From the NCBI GenBank assembly GCA_963662665.2, contig CAXXJS010000010.1, positions 384,001 to 448,000 of the forward strand: DNA of 64,000 nucleotides. Reading direction: 5' to 3'. The first letter of the stretch is position 1. Each line of letters begins with the position of its first letter. This DNA comes from Candidatus Latescibacterota bacterium (GTDB taxonomy: Bacteria > Latescibacterota > UBA2968 > GCA-2709665). The position numbers were made by a program, and so were the translations under genes. The notes under the pieces were generated by a model. The model searched no databases and was not told the origin of the DNA. It saw nothing but the letters and a program-made list of their open reading frames with translations. This document shows positions 27,529 through 38,035 of this stretch, piece after piece.

Positions 27529-28707
27529 CTACCCGCTTGTCTTGCCGAAATTCCTGGCGAACGTGAGAAAGTCGTTGAAATCCACGTCGCCGTCCCCGTC
27601 GAAATCCCCGATCAGCCCGGTTGACGTGCCGGTGTCCCCAACGGCGGCCGCTTCAGAAGACCAGCGCTGATTCCCATCGTTCCCCACGGTTTCCGCCACT
27701 CCGTTGCCGTTCCCGTCGACAAAGGCACTGAACCCGCCGCCTTCGATACTCATTCGCCCGATGCCGGTCGAATCGGCGCCCATGCCGGCCACAACCCGCT
27801 CGGACGCATTCATGAATCCGATGAGACCGTGTCCATTCTGATTCGCGCCCAGTATCCCAATGGCTTTGTTGTCCCGATTTCCCACAATTGCCAAACCGTC
27901 TCCATCGGCGTCGACGGAGAAGCCCGCCGCCGGTCCTGACTTGTTCCTGACGTCCATCCATCCATTGGCGTCCTCCGTCTCATCCGCGCCAATTGCGGCA
28001 ACGATACCGCCCGCCGCATTCGAGATACGAAGGGCGCCGTTACCGTTTTCGTCGATACCGAAACCGGAAACGAGCTTGTCATCCGAGTTAAATACCAGAA
28101 TCGTGCCGTCACCGGCACTATCGAAGGCGAGTGCGGCAGCCGAACCCGTTGCGCTCCTCGCGTCGACCCATCCATTGGCCTGTTCCGACGGATCGGCGCC
28201 CATGGCGGCCGCGACCCTCCCGGCGGAATTGAGGACCCCCAGGTTCCCATGTCCGTTTGGGTCGACGCCCACGACGGAAACCACGGCGCCGTTTTCGTTC
28301 CCTATCAACAGCGAACCGTTTCCCGACTCGTCCGACCCGAGGGCTGCGACGACCTCCCCGCTCGCATTTACAACGTGAAGTGTGCCCACCCGCAAGGTGT
28401 CACCGGCGTCGATGATTTGCTCCGGAGCAATCTTGCTCAGTCCACCACTAACGGCCTCCGGTAAAGGGAGGTCGGGACGTACAGGCGACAGATCGACGAA
28501 CCGCACATCGCCTGCAGTCGTGCCGTGTCGGAGGCTGAACGAGGCCAGCTTTGACGGAAGCGTCCGGTTAAGCCACTTCGATGCCTGGGTCAGAGCGGGC
28601 GACGCGGTGAAGAGGAAGGCAACGAGCAACCCTGCAATCGCCCGCTTCTGCCAGCGTAATTTCACTTCCAGCGCCTCAAGTCTTTGTCGTACATCGCCCT
28701 GAGTCAT
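27529..28707 (-). CDS. Membrane-anchored or exported beta-repeat protein with C-terminal dockerin/EF-hand-like motif
   Basis: N-terminal coiled-coil-like and hydrophobic segment; about 10 repeats of about 23 aa; GDFDGDGDVDFNDFLTFARNFG; RBS GGAGG. Confidence 0.75.
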   Translation of the reverse strand: MTQGDVRQRLEALEVKLRWQKRAIAGLLVAFLFTASPALTQASKWLNRTLPSKLASFSLRHGTTAGDVRFVDLSPVRPDLPLPEAVSGGLSKIAPEQIIDAGDTLRVGTLHVVNASGEVVAALGSDESGNGSLLIGNENGAVVSVVGVDPNGHGNLGVLNSAGRVAAAMGADPSEQANGWVDARSATGSAAALAFDSAGDGTILVFNSDDKLVSGFGIDENGNGALRISNAAGGIVAAIGADETEDANGWMDVRNKSGPAAGFSVDADGDGLAIVGNRDNKAIGILGANQNGHGLIGFMNASERVVAGMGADSTGIGRMSIEGGGFSAFVDGNGNGVAETVGNDGNQRWSSEAAAVGDTGTSTGLIGDFDGDGDVDFNDFLTFARNFGKTSG

Positions 28708-28770
28708 CTGTTACCTCCGTCACGTGAATAAATCAGCTGCGTGGGTTTTTCCTGTCGTGTCCTGCAAAGA

Positions 28771-29931
28771 CTACGGCCCTTCGTCGCGCGGATGCCGCAG
28801 CTTGCGACCCGGGAACCGGCGAAAGGGATACTCGGCGAGCGCGTCCTCGTCCAGGTCGATGCCCAATCCGGGCGTGGCGGGAAGCGCGATGTAACCGTTT
28901 TCGACAGTGAAGTGATTCACAGCGATTTCGTTTCCCACCGGTTCGAAATTCACGAAGTACTCGGTTATCAGAAAGTTGGGCATGCCGGCCGCGGCCTGCA
29001 TTGTTGCGGCCAACCCGACCGTTGTGCTGTTGTAGTTGTGGGGCGAAACCGCAACGTGGCAGGGCTCGGCCATCGCCGCGATTTCGCGAAGTTCGAGGAT
29101 ACCGCCGCAGTTACAGACGTCCGGGTTGATGACGTCGGCGGCGCGTTTGTCAAAGACGTCGCGGAACTCGGTTTTGGTGTAGAGTTCCTCGCCCGTGACA
29201 ACCGGGATGCGGATGTTTCGTCTGGCTTCCGACAGGCCGTCGAGGTCGCGGGAAGAAACAGGTTCCTCGTACCAAAAGGGATTGAATGGCTCCATGGCGC
29301 GCGCAACGCGGACGGCATGCGCCGGAGAGAGCCGGCGGTGCACTTCAACCAGGATATCCACGTCGGGCCCCACGGCCTCGCGTACGGCCCCCACCCGGTC
29401 CACGGCGGCCTGCTCGTCCTTCTTGTCGATGATGCTGCGCCAGGGGCCGGGAAAGGGGTCGAACTTGAGCGCGGTGAACCCCCTCGCCACAACCGAGGCC
29501 GCCCGTTCGGCGAGTTCCTCCAGCCCCTTCCCGGGGTCGTACCAGCTCCCCCAGCCATTGGCATAGACCTTGATCCTGGTCCTGCATGCGCCGCCGAGCA
29601 GGTTGTAGACGGGCTGGTTCAGAGATTTGCCGACAATGTCCCACATCGCCTGTTCGATGGCGCTGATGGCGGCGTAGAGATCCATCGCGCCTCTCTTGCT
29701 CGCGAAGTCCGTATACGCCGCGTACGTGAAATGCTTGATATCGAACGGCGACCGTCCGGTCAGGTAGCGTCCCAGTTCTTCCACGTGAACCTGGATGCTC
29801 CGGTCCCTGTCGTGCTGGGTGTAGGCCTCGCCCCATCCGTGGATGCCAGCGTCGGTTTCCAGTTTGACAAAGAGCCAGTTTTTCGCGCTTCCCGGATGAA
29901 CAAGGAAGGAATTGACGCGCTCAACCCGCAT
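28771..29931 (-). CDS. Mandelate racemase / galactonate dehydratase-like enolase-superfamily enzyme
   Basis: NWLFVKLETDAGIHGWGE, YANGW, KFDPF, WYEEP, TGEEL, PHN, PGLG. Confidence 0.9.
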   Translation of the reverse strand: MRVERVNSFLVHPGSAKNWLFVKLETDAGIHGWGEAYTQHDRDRSIQVHVEELGRYLTGRSPFDIKHFTYAAYTDFASKRGAMDLYAAISAIEQAMWDIVGKSLNQPVYNLLGGACRTRIKVYANGWGSWYDPGKGLEELAERAASVVARGFTALKFDPFPGPWRSIIDKKDEQAAVDRVGAVREAVGPDVDILVEVHRRLSPAHAVRVARAMEPFNPFWYEEPVSSRDLDGLSEARRNIRIPVVTGEELYTKTEFRDVFDKRAADVINPDVCNCGGILELREIAAMAEPCHVAVSPHNYNSTTVGLAATMQAAAGMPNFLITEYFVNFEPVGNEIAVNHFTVENGYIALPATPGLGIDLDEDALAEYPFRRFPGRKLRHPRDEGP

Positions 29932-29983
29932 TTCGTAAATGCTCCTGAGAGCCGTACCTGACACCCGATGGAAAACCGGGGCG

Positions 29984-30751
29984 CTAAATCATCAGATCTC
30001 CGCCGTTGATGTCCAGCGACGCGCCGGTAATGTAGGCAGCCTGATCGGAGGCAAGGAAGGCGACAAGGTCGGCCACTTCCTCCGGTCTGCCAAGGCGGGG
30101 GATGGGAAAGCTCCGCGCGAAGGCGTGCGTACGGTCTTCGTCGATGGTTCCGCGAACCATTTCGGTATCGATCAGACCGGGACAAACGGCATTCACGGTA
30201 ATGTTGAAAGGCGCGACCTCACTGGCCAGATGGCGGGTGAATCCCAGCACGCCGGCTTTGGCGGCGGTGTAGTGTGCGCCGCCCACGGTACTGATATTCT
30301 TGCCGGCGGTGGATGAGAAATTGACGATGCGCCCCCATCCCGCCTCCCGCATATGGGGGAGGACAGCCTTTGAGCAGAGAAAGGCGCCTTTCAGATTGAC
30401 GTCGATCACTCGATCCCATTCGTCTTCGTCGATGTCGATGACGCTGGTGGGGAAGAGGATGCCGGCGTTGTTGACCAGGATATGGACGGCGCCGAATGTA
30501 TCCGCCGTCCAGTCGACCATAGCTTGCACGCCGGGCGCATCGGTGACATCGGCCTGAAAGTGAAAGGCCCTGGTGAACGAGGAACGCAGCTCTTCGGCCG
30601 TACTTTCGGCGTTGGACTCGTCGAGGTCGTTAACGACGAGGTGAGCGCCGTTTTCCGCCAGGGTTCGGGCAACTGACCGGCCGATGCCCTGCCCGGCCCC
30701 GGTCACAATGGCGATGCGGTCCCGCAGGGGTTGCTGCCTGGCCATTTCCAT
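29984..30751 (-). CDS. SDR oxidoreductase (FabG-like)
   Basis: TGAGQGIG, NNAG, YTAAK, VNAVCPG, DINGG. Confidence 0.92.
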   Translation of the reverse strand: MEMARQQPLRDRIAIVTGAGQGIGRSVARTLAENGAHLVVNDLDESNAESTAEELRSSFTRAFHFQADVTDAPGVQAMVDWTADTFGAVHILVNNAGILFPTSVIDIDEDEWDRVIDVNLKGAFLCSKAVLPHMREAGWGRIVNFSSTAGKNISTVGGAHYTAAKAGVLGFTRHLASEVAPFNITVNAVCPGLIDTEMVRGTIDEDRTHAFARSFPIPRLGRPEEVADLVAFLASDQAAYITGASLDINGGDLMI

Positions 30752-30829
30752 GATATGCGTCCTCTCACAATTGCGGACGGCTGCCTGTGTGCCCGCATTG
30801 TCTTCAGTTGTCGTAATCGATAGGGAAGT

Positions 30830-32023
30830 TCATTCCGGTCCGACACCGAGGGCCTTGCCGACCTCCACAAAGGTATCGATGGCGCGGTCAAGTTGCGTTC
30901 GTGTGTGGGCCGCGGAGATCTGAACGCGGATCCGGGCCTCGCCCCTGGGGACCACCGGATAACTGAAGCCCACGACGAAAATACCACGCTCATTCATGGC
31001 GTGGGCCATTCGCACGGTCTGCCGTTCGTCGCCAATCATAATGGGGACGATAGGGTGGATGCCCCCCGGTATACTGAAGCCGCGCTGGCTCATTGTCTTC
31101 CTGAAGTATCGGGTGTTCCGCATCAGGGACCGTCGATATACCGGCCGCGTCTGTGCGAGTTCCAGCGCTTTCAATCCGCCCGCCGCAGTGGCCGGCGCCA
31201 CGGTGTTGGAGAAGAGGTAGGGACGGGAGCGCTGTCGCAAGTAATCGATGATTTCCCCACGGCCCGTCGTGAATCCTCCGGAAGCGCCGCCCAGGGCCTT
31301 TCCAAGCGTACTGGTGAGGATATCGATCCGGTCTTCAACGCCGCACAATTCAGGGGTGCCGCGGCCGTGGGCCCCCAGAAAGCCGGTTGCGTGGGAGTCG
31401 TCCACCATCACGAGCGCGTCGTGTGCGTCCGCGAGGCGACAGATCTCATCGAGCGGCGCCACGGCGCCGTGCATGGAGAATACGCCGTCTGTGGCTATCA
31501 TGCGGAAGCGGGCGTCCGCCGCATCCTCGAGCAGGGCTTTGAGGCGCGCCATGTCGGCATGGGGATAAATGCTGCGCCGCGCCTTGCAGAGTCGGATACC
31601 GTCTATAATACTGGCGTGGTTGAGCGCATCGCTGATCACGGCGTCTTCCGGGCCGAGCAGGGTCTCGAACAGGCCCGCGTTGGCGTCGAAGCAGGAAGTA
31701 TAGAGAATGGTGTCATCTGTATTCAAAAACCTGGAGATACGACCCTCCAGGGTCTTGTGCAGGGTCTGTGTGCCGCAGATGAAGCGCACCGAAGCCAGGC
31801 CGTATCCAAACTCGTTCAACCCTTTCGCGGCCGCATTTACAATCTCCGGATGGTTGGCGAAGCCTAGATAATTATTGGCGCAAAAGTTGATGGCTTCACC
31901 TTCCAGGGCTTCGATCCGCGTGTGCTGGGGTGTGGTTATCTGTCTTTCCGTCTTGTAGAAGCCGTTTTCCCGGATGGATTGCAATTCGTCCTGCAACCAC
32001 GATTTCATTCCGGCATAGGCCAT
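30830..32023 (-). CDS. kbl: Glycine C-acetyltransferase (2-amino-3-ketobutyrate CoA ligase)
   Basis: [54 protein letters not shown]. Confidence 0.93.
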   Translation of the reverse strand: MAYAGMKSWLQDELQSIRENGFYKTERQITTPQHTRIEALEGEAINFCANNYLGFANHPEIVNAAAKGLNEFGYGLASVRFICGTQTLHKTLEGRISRFLNTDDTILYTSCFDANAGLFETLLGPEDAVISDALNHASIIDGIRLCKARRSIYPHADMARLKALLEDAADARFRMIATDGVFSMHGAVAPLDEICRLADAHDALVMVDDSHATGFLGAHGRGTPELCGVEDRIDILTSTLGKALGGASGGFTTGRGEIIDYLRQRSRPYLFSNTVAPATAAGGLKALELAQTRPVYRRSLMRNTRYFRKTMSQRGFSIPGGIHPIVPIMIGDERQTVRMAHAMNERGIFVVGFSYPVVPRGEARIRVQISAAHTRTQLDRAIDTFVEVGKALGVGPE

Positions 32024-32147
32024 GTGGAACGCCCCTCGGATCGTTGTACGCTGCCCTCTCTTCCGGCATCCAAAATAGAAGAACCATGCAGGAAAATCAA
32101 GCCGCATATGCCGCGCATTGTCCCGGATCCGGGAAGTATATTTCGCC

Positions 32148-32176
32148 TTGACATCAATTCGGACCATCATCATATT
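32148..32176 (+). promoter_or_regulatory. Candidate sigma70 promoter
   Basis: TTGACA-N17-CATATT in the divergent intergenic region. Confidence 0.45.
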
Positions 32177-32315
32177 GGCCTTGATGATCGGGCGGAGGAC
32201 CCGTGAATTTTTCGTTCCGCTCAAAGTACCGGTGGCGGTCGATGCGCCATTCATTGGGGATATCCCGACAAAGGCGGACCACTTGTTCGCCCGTTGTTTC
32301 GAGAGGCGGTCTCCC

Positions 32316-33500
32316 GTGTCAGAATTCAAGAAAATAGCGGCAATTGTAACGACGTACTACCCGCGTTCGCACGCAGACGTCATTGTGACGAAGTTTTTGA
32401 AGGGATTTCCGTCGGATGACGGGTTGATACCGCCGCAGGTGGAAATCGCGTCCCTGTATATGGACCAGGTTCACGAGAATGACGTAGGGCTCGAACTGGC
32501 AAAGGAACACGGGGTGCCCGTCTACAACAGCATTCCGAAGGCACTGACGCTCGGTGGAGGGAAACTGGCGGTAGACGGCGTGTTGATTGTCGGCGAGCAC
32601 GGCGACTACGCCCGGAACGAGAAGGAGCAGCACATGTATCCGCGCCGGTTCTTCTTCGAGCAGGTTTGCGGGGTGTTTGCCGCGACCGGCAGGTCCGTTC
32701 CCGTGTTCAACGATAAACACCTGGCCTATGACTGGGGGAACTCAAAGTGGATGTACGACCGGGCGCAGTTGCTGAATGTTCCTTTCCTTGCCGGATCCTC
32801 CGTGCCGCTTGCCTGGCGAAATCCATATCTCGAATACGGGCTGGACACGCCTCTGGAAGAAGCGTTGTCAATCGGGTATTCGGGCCTGGACTCCTATGGA
32901 TTTCACGCGCTTGAACTCTTGCAGTGTATGGTCGAACGCAGGCGCGGCGGCGAGACCGGTATCGTTGCGGTGCAATGCCTGGAGGGAGATGCCGTGTGGC
33001 GGGCGGGGGACGAGGGGCGGTGGTCCCGCGAGCTTGCCGATGGCGCGCGTGAACCCATTGAAGCGAAGGTCGCGGGGGCAATGGAAGCCCACTGCCCCGA
33101 CCCGGCGGTCTTCCTGCTGGAATACGCCGACGGGTTGAAGGCTGCCACCCTGATGTTGAACGGATACACGCAGGGGTTCGGATACGCCGGCCGCGTTTCG
33201 GGTCGCGTCCGGGGGATGGAGGTGTTCCTGCCGGAAGACCCGCATGCCCATTTCAGCTATCTCAGCCGGAATATCCACGAACTCTTCATTACCGGCAAAC
33301 CGCCGTACCCGGTGGAACGTACACTGCTGGTGAGCGGGGCGCTGGATGCGCTGATGGATTCGCGCCACAGGGGGCACGCGCGGGTGGAGACGCCCAATCT
33401 CAGCGCAACCTACCGGTCTTACGATAGCCCTCCGATCCGGCCCACTGCGCCAAGGCCATCAGGTGCGAGCCTGGTTCCAATTGTGCCCTGGCGAAATTGA
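32316..33500 (+). CDS. Conserved hypothetical protein, distant Gfo/Idh/MocA-like oxidoreductase
   Basis: KIAAIVT...[33 protein letters not shown]; GTG start with GAGG RBS. Confidence 0.65.
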   Translation: MSEFKKIAAIVTTYYPRSHADVIVTKFLKGFPSDDGLIPPQVEIASLYMDQVHENDVGLELAKEHGVPVYNSIPKALTLGGGKLAVDGVLIVGEHGDYARNEKEQHMYPRRFFFEQVCGVFAATGRSVPVFNDKHLAYDWGNSKWMYDRAQLLNVPFLAGSSVPLAWRNPYLEYGLDTPLEEALSIGYSGLDSYGFHALELLQCMVERRRGGETGIVAVQCLEGDAVWRAGDEGRWSRELADGAREPIEAKVAGAMEAHCPDPAVFLLEYADGLKAATLMLNGYTQGFGYAGRVSGRVRGMEVFLPEDPHAHFSYLSRNIHELFITGKPPYPVERTLLVSGALDALMDSRHRGHARVETPNLSATYRSYDSPPIRPTAPRPSGASLVPIVPWRN

Positions 33501-33604
33501 ACGCAATTCTTCCGCCTGCGCCGTTTTGTCTGTGCCGCATTTCGGAACGCAGTACAAACCTTTAGATATGTACAAGTAAGTATGGCTCGTTGGAGGTCTG
33601 ACGG

Positions 33605-34606
33605 ATGTCATTGAACGCGGCGGTCATCGGACTGGGTGTGGGCAGGGGACATATCTCTGCCTACCGGGAAGCCGGTGCGGCGGTAACGGCGATTTGCGAT
33701 GTCAACGAGGAGATACTGGAACAAGTCGGGGAGGAGCAGGGGGTGCGGCGCCGATATACGGATTATCGCGACCTGGCGGGGCAGGATGACATTGACGTGG
33801 TGTCGATCTGCACGCCCGACCATTTGCACGCCGACCCGGCCGTTGAGATGATGGCCTCCGGGAAGCACGTGCTTGTGGAGAAGCCGCTGGCCACGTCCTT
33901 CGAGGATATCGAAAGAATCGTGCAGACGTCCCGACACACGGGGCGTAAGGTGTCCCACGGATGTCAGATCCGGTTCGACCCGACGTTTCAGGAGTTGAAA
34001 CGCCAGGTCGAGGCGGGGTCGTTCGGCCGGTTGTTTTACGCCGAAGCGGACTACATTTCAAACCACTTGAATCTGTTCCAGGAGGGATGGCGCGGCAGGC
34101 TGGGTCCCCGCTACAATGCGGCGGCCGGCGGCAGCGTTCATCCCGTTGACGTGATCCAATGGATTGTCGACTCGCCCGCGGCGGAGGTGGCGGCTTACGG
34201 AAATGCCATATCCGCCGGCTCGCACGGTCTGGACCTTACCGATTGCATCGTGGGTATCATCCGTTTTGAGAACGGGTGCGTGGCCAAGACGTTTACAACA
34301 ATGGGTTCGGCCCGGCCCGGGTTTCGCAATGTGCAGATTTACGGCACGCGCAAGACGTTTCTAACCGCACAGGCGCCCCCCGCCCGTCTGGTCTCGGATC
34401 TGCAGAGCCGGAAATGGAAGCCCATTGAGGTTGCGGACGATGGCGGCGACAGCCGGCGGACGCTGATAGAAGACCTGCTGCAAGCGATAGAAAACGACAC
34501 GGAGCCGCAGGTGAATCTGGTGCAGTCCGTCCGCACGGCGGGAATCTGCGTGGCGCTTTTTGAATCGGTGCGCTCGGGCAAGCCGGTGGCCGTACCCGGA
34601 TTCTGA
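33605..34606 (+). CDS. Gfo/Idh/MocA oxidoreductase
   Basis: VIGLGVG, ICTPDHLH, GKHVLVEKP, HPVD. Confidence 0.92.
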   Translation: MSLNAAVIGLGVGRGHISAYREAGAAVTAICDVNEEILEQVGEEQGVRRRYTDYRDLAGQDDIDVVSICTPDHLHADPAVEMMASGKHVLVEKPLATSFEDIERIVQTSRHTGRKVSHGCQIRFDPTFQELKRQVEAGSFGRLFYAEADYISNHLNLFQEGWRGRLGPRYNAAAGGSVHPVDVIQWIVDSPAAEVAAYGNAISAGSHGLDLTDCIVGIIRFENGCVAKTFTTMGSARPGFRNVQIYGTRKTFLTAQAPPARLVSDLQSRKWKPIEVADDGGDSRRTLIEDLLQAIENDTEPQVNLVQSVRTAGICVALFESVRSGKPVAVPGF

Positions 34607-34645
34607 CGTCCCGGGCAATACCATACACCAGCACGGAGTGTCGAG

Positions 34646-34990
34646 GTGGGCCTGGAGACGGTGGAAAATCCCCAGCCGGGCAGGTCGTATACAGTCGAGT
34701 TTGTCTTCCCGGAATTCACGGCCGTCTATCCGGTAACGAATGAGCCGTTTTTTGCGACGGTCACGATTCGGTACGTACCGTCCGCCAGGTGTATCGAAAC
34801 CGTATCGCTCAAACGGTATTTGGGATCATTCCGGAATGAGACGCTGCCTTACGAGGGGGCTGTCAACCGGATTCTGGATGATCTGGTCGCGGCGTGTCAC
34901 CCTGCCAGGATGGCGGTGATCGCCGAGTTCACGGTGCGAGGGGGAATTGCAACAACGGTAACCGTGGATGCGGCAGAAGCCGGGGAATAG
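34646..34990 (+). CDS. QueF paralogue lacking catalytic Cys and Asp
   Basis: Aligns end to end with the downstream QueF, but reads EFTAVYPVTNEPFF against EFTSLCPLTGQPDF. Confidence 0.8.
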   Translation: MGLETVENPQPGRSYTVEFVFPEFTAVYPVTNEPFFATVTIRYVPSARCIETVSLKRYLGSFRNETLPYEGAVNRILDDLVAACHPARMAVIAEFTVRGGIATTVTVDAAEAGE

Positions 34991-35026
34991 AACCGGTGCT
35001 GCGTTTTTCAGATCAGGGGGGCCGGC

Positions 35027-35407
35027 TTGCAGGCCGAGGCGAGTAAAATCCTGGAGGTCTTCGGGAATCCGCGACCGGAACGTCGGTACAAGATCGAGTT
35101 TACGTGCCGGGAATTCACTTCCCTGTGTCCCCTTACGGGGCAGCCGGATTTCGCCACGATCGTGGTGCGTTACGTGCCGGGTGAGAAGTGCGTGGAACTC
35201 AAGTCGCTCAAGCACTACTTCAGATCGTTTCGCGACAGGGGTGTCTTCTTTGAAGACGTGACGAACCGGATTCTGGACGATCTGGTACTGGTATGCGCTC
35301 CCGTGGAGATGGTGGTGGTTGGCCGGTTCAACGTCAGGGGCGGGATCGGACACGAAATCATCGCGCAATACGACCGCGAGCGAGGGGAACGTAGCGAGAC
35401 GGGATGA
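35027..35407 (+). CDS. queF: NADPH-dependent preQ0 reductase (unimodular)
   Basis: EFTSLCPLTGQPDFA, VELKSLK (QueF motif), NRILDDL, FNVRGGI. Confidence 0.9.
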   Translation: MQAEASKILEVFGNPRPERRYKIEFTCREFTSLCPLTGQPDFATIVVRYVPGEKCVELKSLKHYFRSFRDRGVFFEDVTNRILDDLVLVCAPVEMVVVGRFNVRGGIGHEIIAQYDRERGERSETG

Positions 35408-35525
35408 ATCGGCGGTCGAGTGGTGAGGAATTTTTAGGACAGGACATTAGCAGTCCGTTGAAAGAGTCGCTCCGCATGCGGGGCCGCTTCGTAAAGTGGC
35501 GTCGCCTACCAGCGACCCGGTTCGT

Positions 35526-36353
35526 CTACCGAACGATGAACGACTTGAGGAACTTTGCGGAACGGCTGGCTGCTTCGTTCGGGGACAGCCGGCCGCCGAA
35601 CGCCTGGTGAACGGTAACGCAGCCGGTGTAGGAGATGGCGTGCAGCCCCTCGAAGACGCTGCCGAAGTCGATACCATTGCCGGCATCCAGCGGACGCAGG
35701 ATGGACATTACGGTACCGTTCGCCCAGGTGGTCATCGGACGGTCGCCGTCGGGATGGGGCGCGTGGTTCTGGAGGTAGACATTGAACAGGTACGGCTGAA
35801 ATCTTCGCAGCGTTTTCGGGCCATAGTCTTCCCCGCACAGGGCGAGGTTGGCAGGTTCATAGATCAGTCCGAAGTTGGATCTGCCAATTTTCCGGAGGAC
35901 GTCCAGGGAGCCGTCAACGGTTTCGAACAGACTGAGCGTGTGGCTCTGGTGGGCCAGGCGGATGTTTCGGTCGGAGGCTTCGTCTGCCGATTTCCTTGCG
36001 AACGGGATGTCGGCCTCGGTTTTGATGCAGACGCGAATGAGGTCGCTTCCCAGAGCCTGCGCCAGGTCGAGGTAGGGGGTTATGTCGCGCAGGCAGCCCG
36101 GGCCTTCGTCGCCGTTTTCGGGAACCGCAAAGTCGCCGGTGACCATTGAGACCGCAAGGTGTTCGCGGTCGAGTAACGTACGTGCGGATTCCACGTCTTC
36201 CGGCGTACTATTGACACCAACGACCGAAGCTCGCATGCATAGCGCGCCATACCCGGCCCTTCGAGCGATTCCCGCAAGGGCGGGCAGCGGTATGTCCACG
36301 ACCCGTTTGTTGTTGAAGCTTTCGGCAACACGTACGGAAAGCGAGAGTTCCAT
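35526..36353 (-). CDS. Sugar phosphate isomerase/epimerase (xylose-isomerase-like TIM barrel)
   Basis: LDLAQALGSDLIRV, NFGLIYEPANL, GIDF, YTGCVTV. Confidence 0.75.
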   Translation of the reverse strand: MELSLSVRVAESFNNKRVVDIPLPALAGIARRAGYGALCMRASVVGVNSTPEDVESARTLLDREHLAVSMVTGDFAVPENGDEGPGCLRDITPYLDLAQALGSDLIRVCIKTEADIPFARKSADEASDRNIRLAHQSHTLSLFETVDGSLDVLRKIGRSNFGLIYEPANLALCGEDYGPKTLRRFQPYLFNVYLQNHAPHPDGDRPMTTWANGTVMSILRPLDAGNGIDFGSVFEGLHAISYTGCVTVHQAFGGRLSPNEAASRSAKFLKSFIVR

Positions 36354-36653
36354 AGGATATCCTCTTCCAGCACACCGGGCGGTAATTTACCCGCAGGACT
36401 CTTGCTTGTCAACCCGGGAATGTATCGTACCCGGCGAAGCATACACCTAAACAGCCCGTAGAAAAAGTCCATCCGGTCTGCGTCCGGCCCTTGTGGCCGA
36501 ATGACTGCGTTGCGACTTTATCAACGGACTGTTAACGGCGCGACCCATCGGGCAGGCGCCGCAACCCGCGTTTTCGATGGAGCAAACGCGAGGGCATCCC
36601 GGTCTGGGTGCCACCTCGACCGGTGAGTGAATGGAGGGACTTCGAAATTGCTG

Positions 36654-37937
36654 ATGGCCGGTGCTGTAAAGAGGTGTGTTACGCCACCCACGTGGGTTCC
36701 GTATTTAACGTCTTCCGGTAACGGAACGTGCGAGCCGTTTAAGGGCGTCCACGACGATCTGCACGCCAGGGCCCTGGTGCTCGACGACGGCTGCCGGTCG
36801 GTTGCGGTATTGGCAGTGGACTCGATCGGATACGACAACGCGATTCTTGGGCCGCGGCGAAATTTCACGAAGGAGTTGCGCTCGCGGGTATCCGAAAGGA
36901 CGGGCTTATCCGAAGAAGGGATTATGCTTTCAGCCACCCACTCCCACTCTACCCCCGAAACCATTGGCTTGACACCGTTTCGGGAAACCGAGGGGATCCA
37001 GTATTGGCTGGAGGCGCACCTGGAAACACTGGTGTCGACGGTTACCGAAGCGTGGGATAAACGGGCGGCGGTCCGGGCTTTCGCGGGGCAAACGCAGGTA
37101 TCCGGTGTCGCCCGTCACAGGCGAATTACTCTGAAAGACGGTACATTGAACCGTGGTGACGCTCTGCCGTCACTGGAAGAAGCCGCCGGACCCTGGGCAG
37201 TGGATGAAGCGCTGTCCGTCCTCTATCTCGAAGCGGTCACCGGAGAACCCCATGCGGTGATGGTGAACTATGCCGCGCATCCGGTCGTGGCCATGTTGCT
37301 GCCGCCGGTGTCGGCGGATTATCCGGGCGCCCTGGCGGCCTGCGTGGAGGAAAGTCTGGACGGCGCGGCATGTCTTTTTGTCAACGGTGCGTGCGGCAAT
37401 GTGAACTCAGTTCACGTGACGACCAATTTCGAAGACGTGTCCCGAATCGGAAAAACGCTGGGCCAGGCGGCGCTGGGGGAGATTGCACGGCTGAAGAATG
37501 GTGCTCCGCTCCGGTACACCGACGTGGCCTGCGTCACGGATCAACTGGAACTGGATGCAAGGCCCTGTCCGCCGCCCGAAGAGGCGGAGAAAGTGGAGGC
37601 GCGGAATCCTTCCACCGAAAACCGGCGTGCGTTGCGGCTCGCACGAAAACTCGCTGAAGTACCGCTTCAGGTCGAAGTACAGGCAATGGCGCTGGGTCCG
37701 TTGCGCTGGGTCGCGATTCCGGGGGAGGTATTCGTGGAGACCGGGCTCGCGATCAAACAAGCGGGCGCCTGGTTCGTAACCGGCAACGCAAATGGATGGA
37801 TCGGGTATTTTCCTATTCACAGAGCCTATGCGGAGGGCGGATACGAGGTGGTGGCCGGACCGTGGTCCCGGGTTGCGCCAGGGAGTGCCGAACGGCTTGA
37901 GTCGGTGTGTGTCCGCCTGATGGAACGGTTCCCGTAG
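36654..37937 (+). CDS. Neutral/alkaline ceramidase-like hydrolase
   Basis: GVHDDLHARALVLDDG, SATHSHSTP, NYAAHP, SADYPG, GACGNVN, IPGEVF, GGYE; start uncertain. Confidence 0.8.
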   Translation: MAGAVKRCVTPPTWVPYLTSSGNGTCEPFKGVHDDLHARALVLDDGCRSVAVLAVDSIGYDNAILGPRRNFTKELRSRVSERTGLSEEGIMLSATHSHSTPETIGLTPFRETEGIQYWLEAHLETLVSTVTEAWDKRAAVRAFAGQTQVSGVARHRRITLKDGTLNRGDALPSLEEAAGPWAVDEALSVLYLEAVTGEPHAVMVNYAAHPVVAMLLPPVSADYPGALAACVEESLDGAACLFVNGACGNVNSVHVTTNFEDVSRIGKTLGQAALGEIARLKNGAPLRYTDVACVTDQLELDARPCPPPEEAEKVEARNPSTENRRALRLARKLAEVPLQVEVQAMALGPLRWVAIPGEVFVETGLAIKQAGAWFVTGNANGWIGYFPIHRAYAEGGYEVVAGPWSRVAPGSAERLESVCVRLMERFP

Positions 37938-38035
37938 CAAGGCGTCTGATAAGGGCGTAAATTAACCTTGCCGAAGAACCTGGCTTTTGTATATTTTGGA
38001 CCGCGTTTCGGGCGAAGAGGAATCTGAGGAATCCG

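Noticed and set aside
22239-29961. Long plus-strand ORFs 22239-23570 and 28741-29961 (likewise 8706-9773 and 46999-48099)
   Set aside because: Each lies antisense to a gene with clear family motifs and has none of its own.
30830-32023. Serine palmitoyltransferase plus ketoreductase (sphingolipid) reading of kbl-SDR
   Set aside because: Motifs SVRFICGTQ and [11 protein letters not shown] are typical of Kbl.
34607-34645. preQ1 riboswitch upstream of the queF pair
   Set aside because: The 39-nt spacer lacks the stem-loop and A-rich tail.
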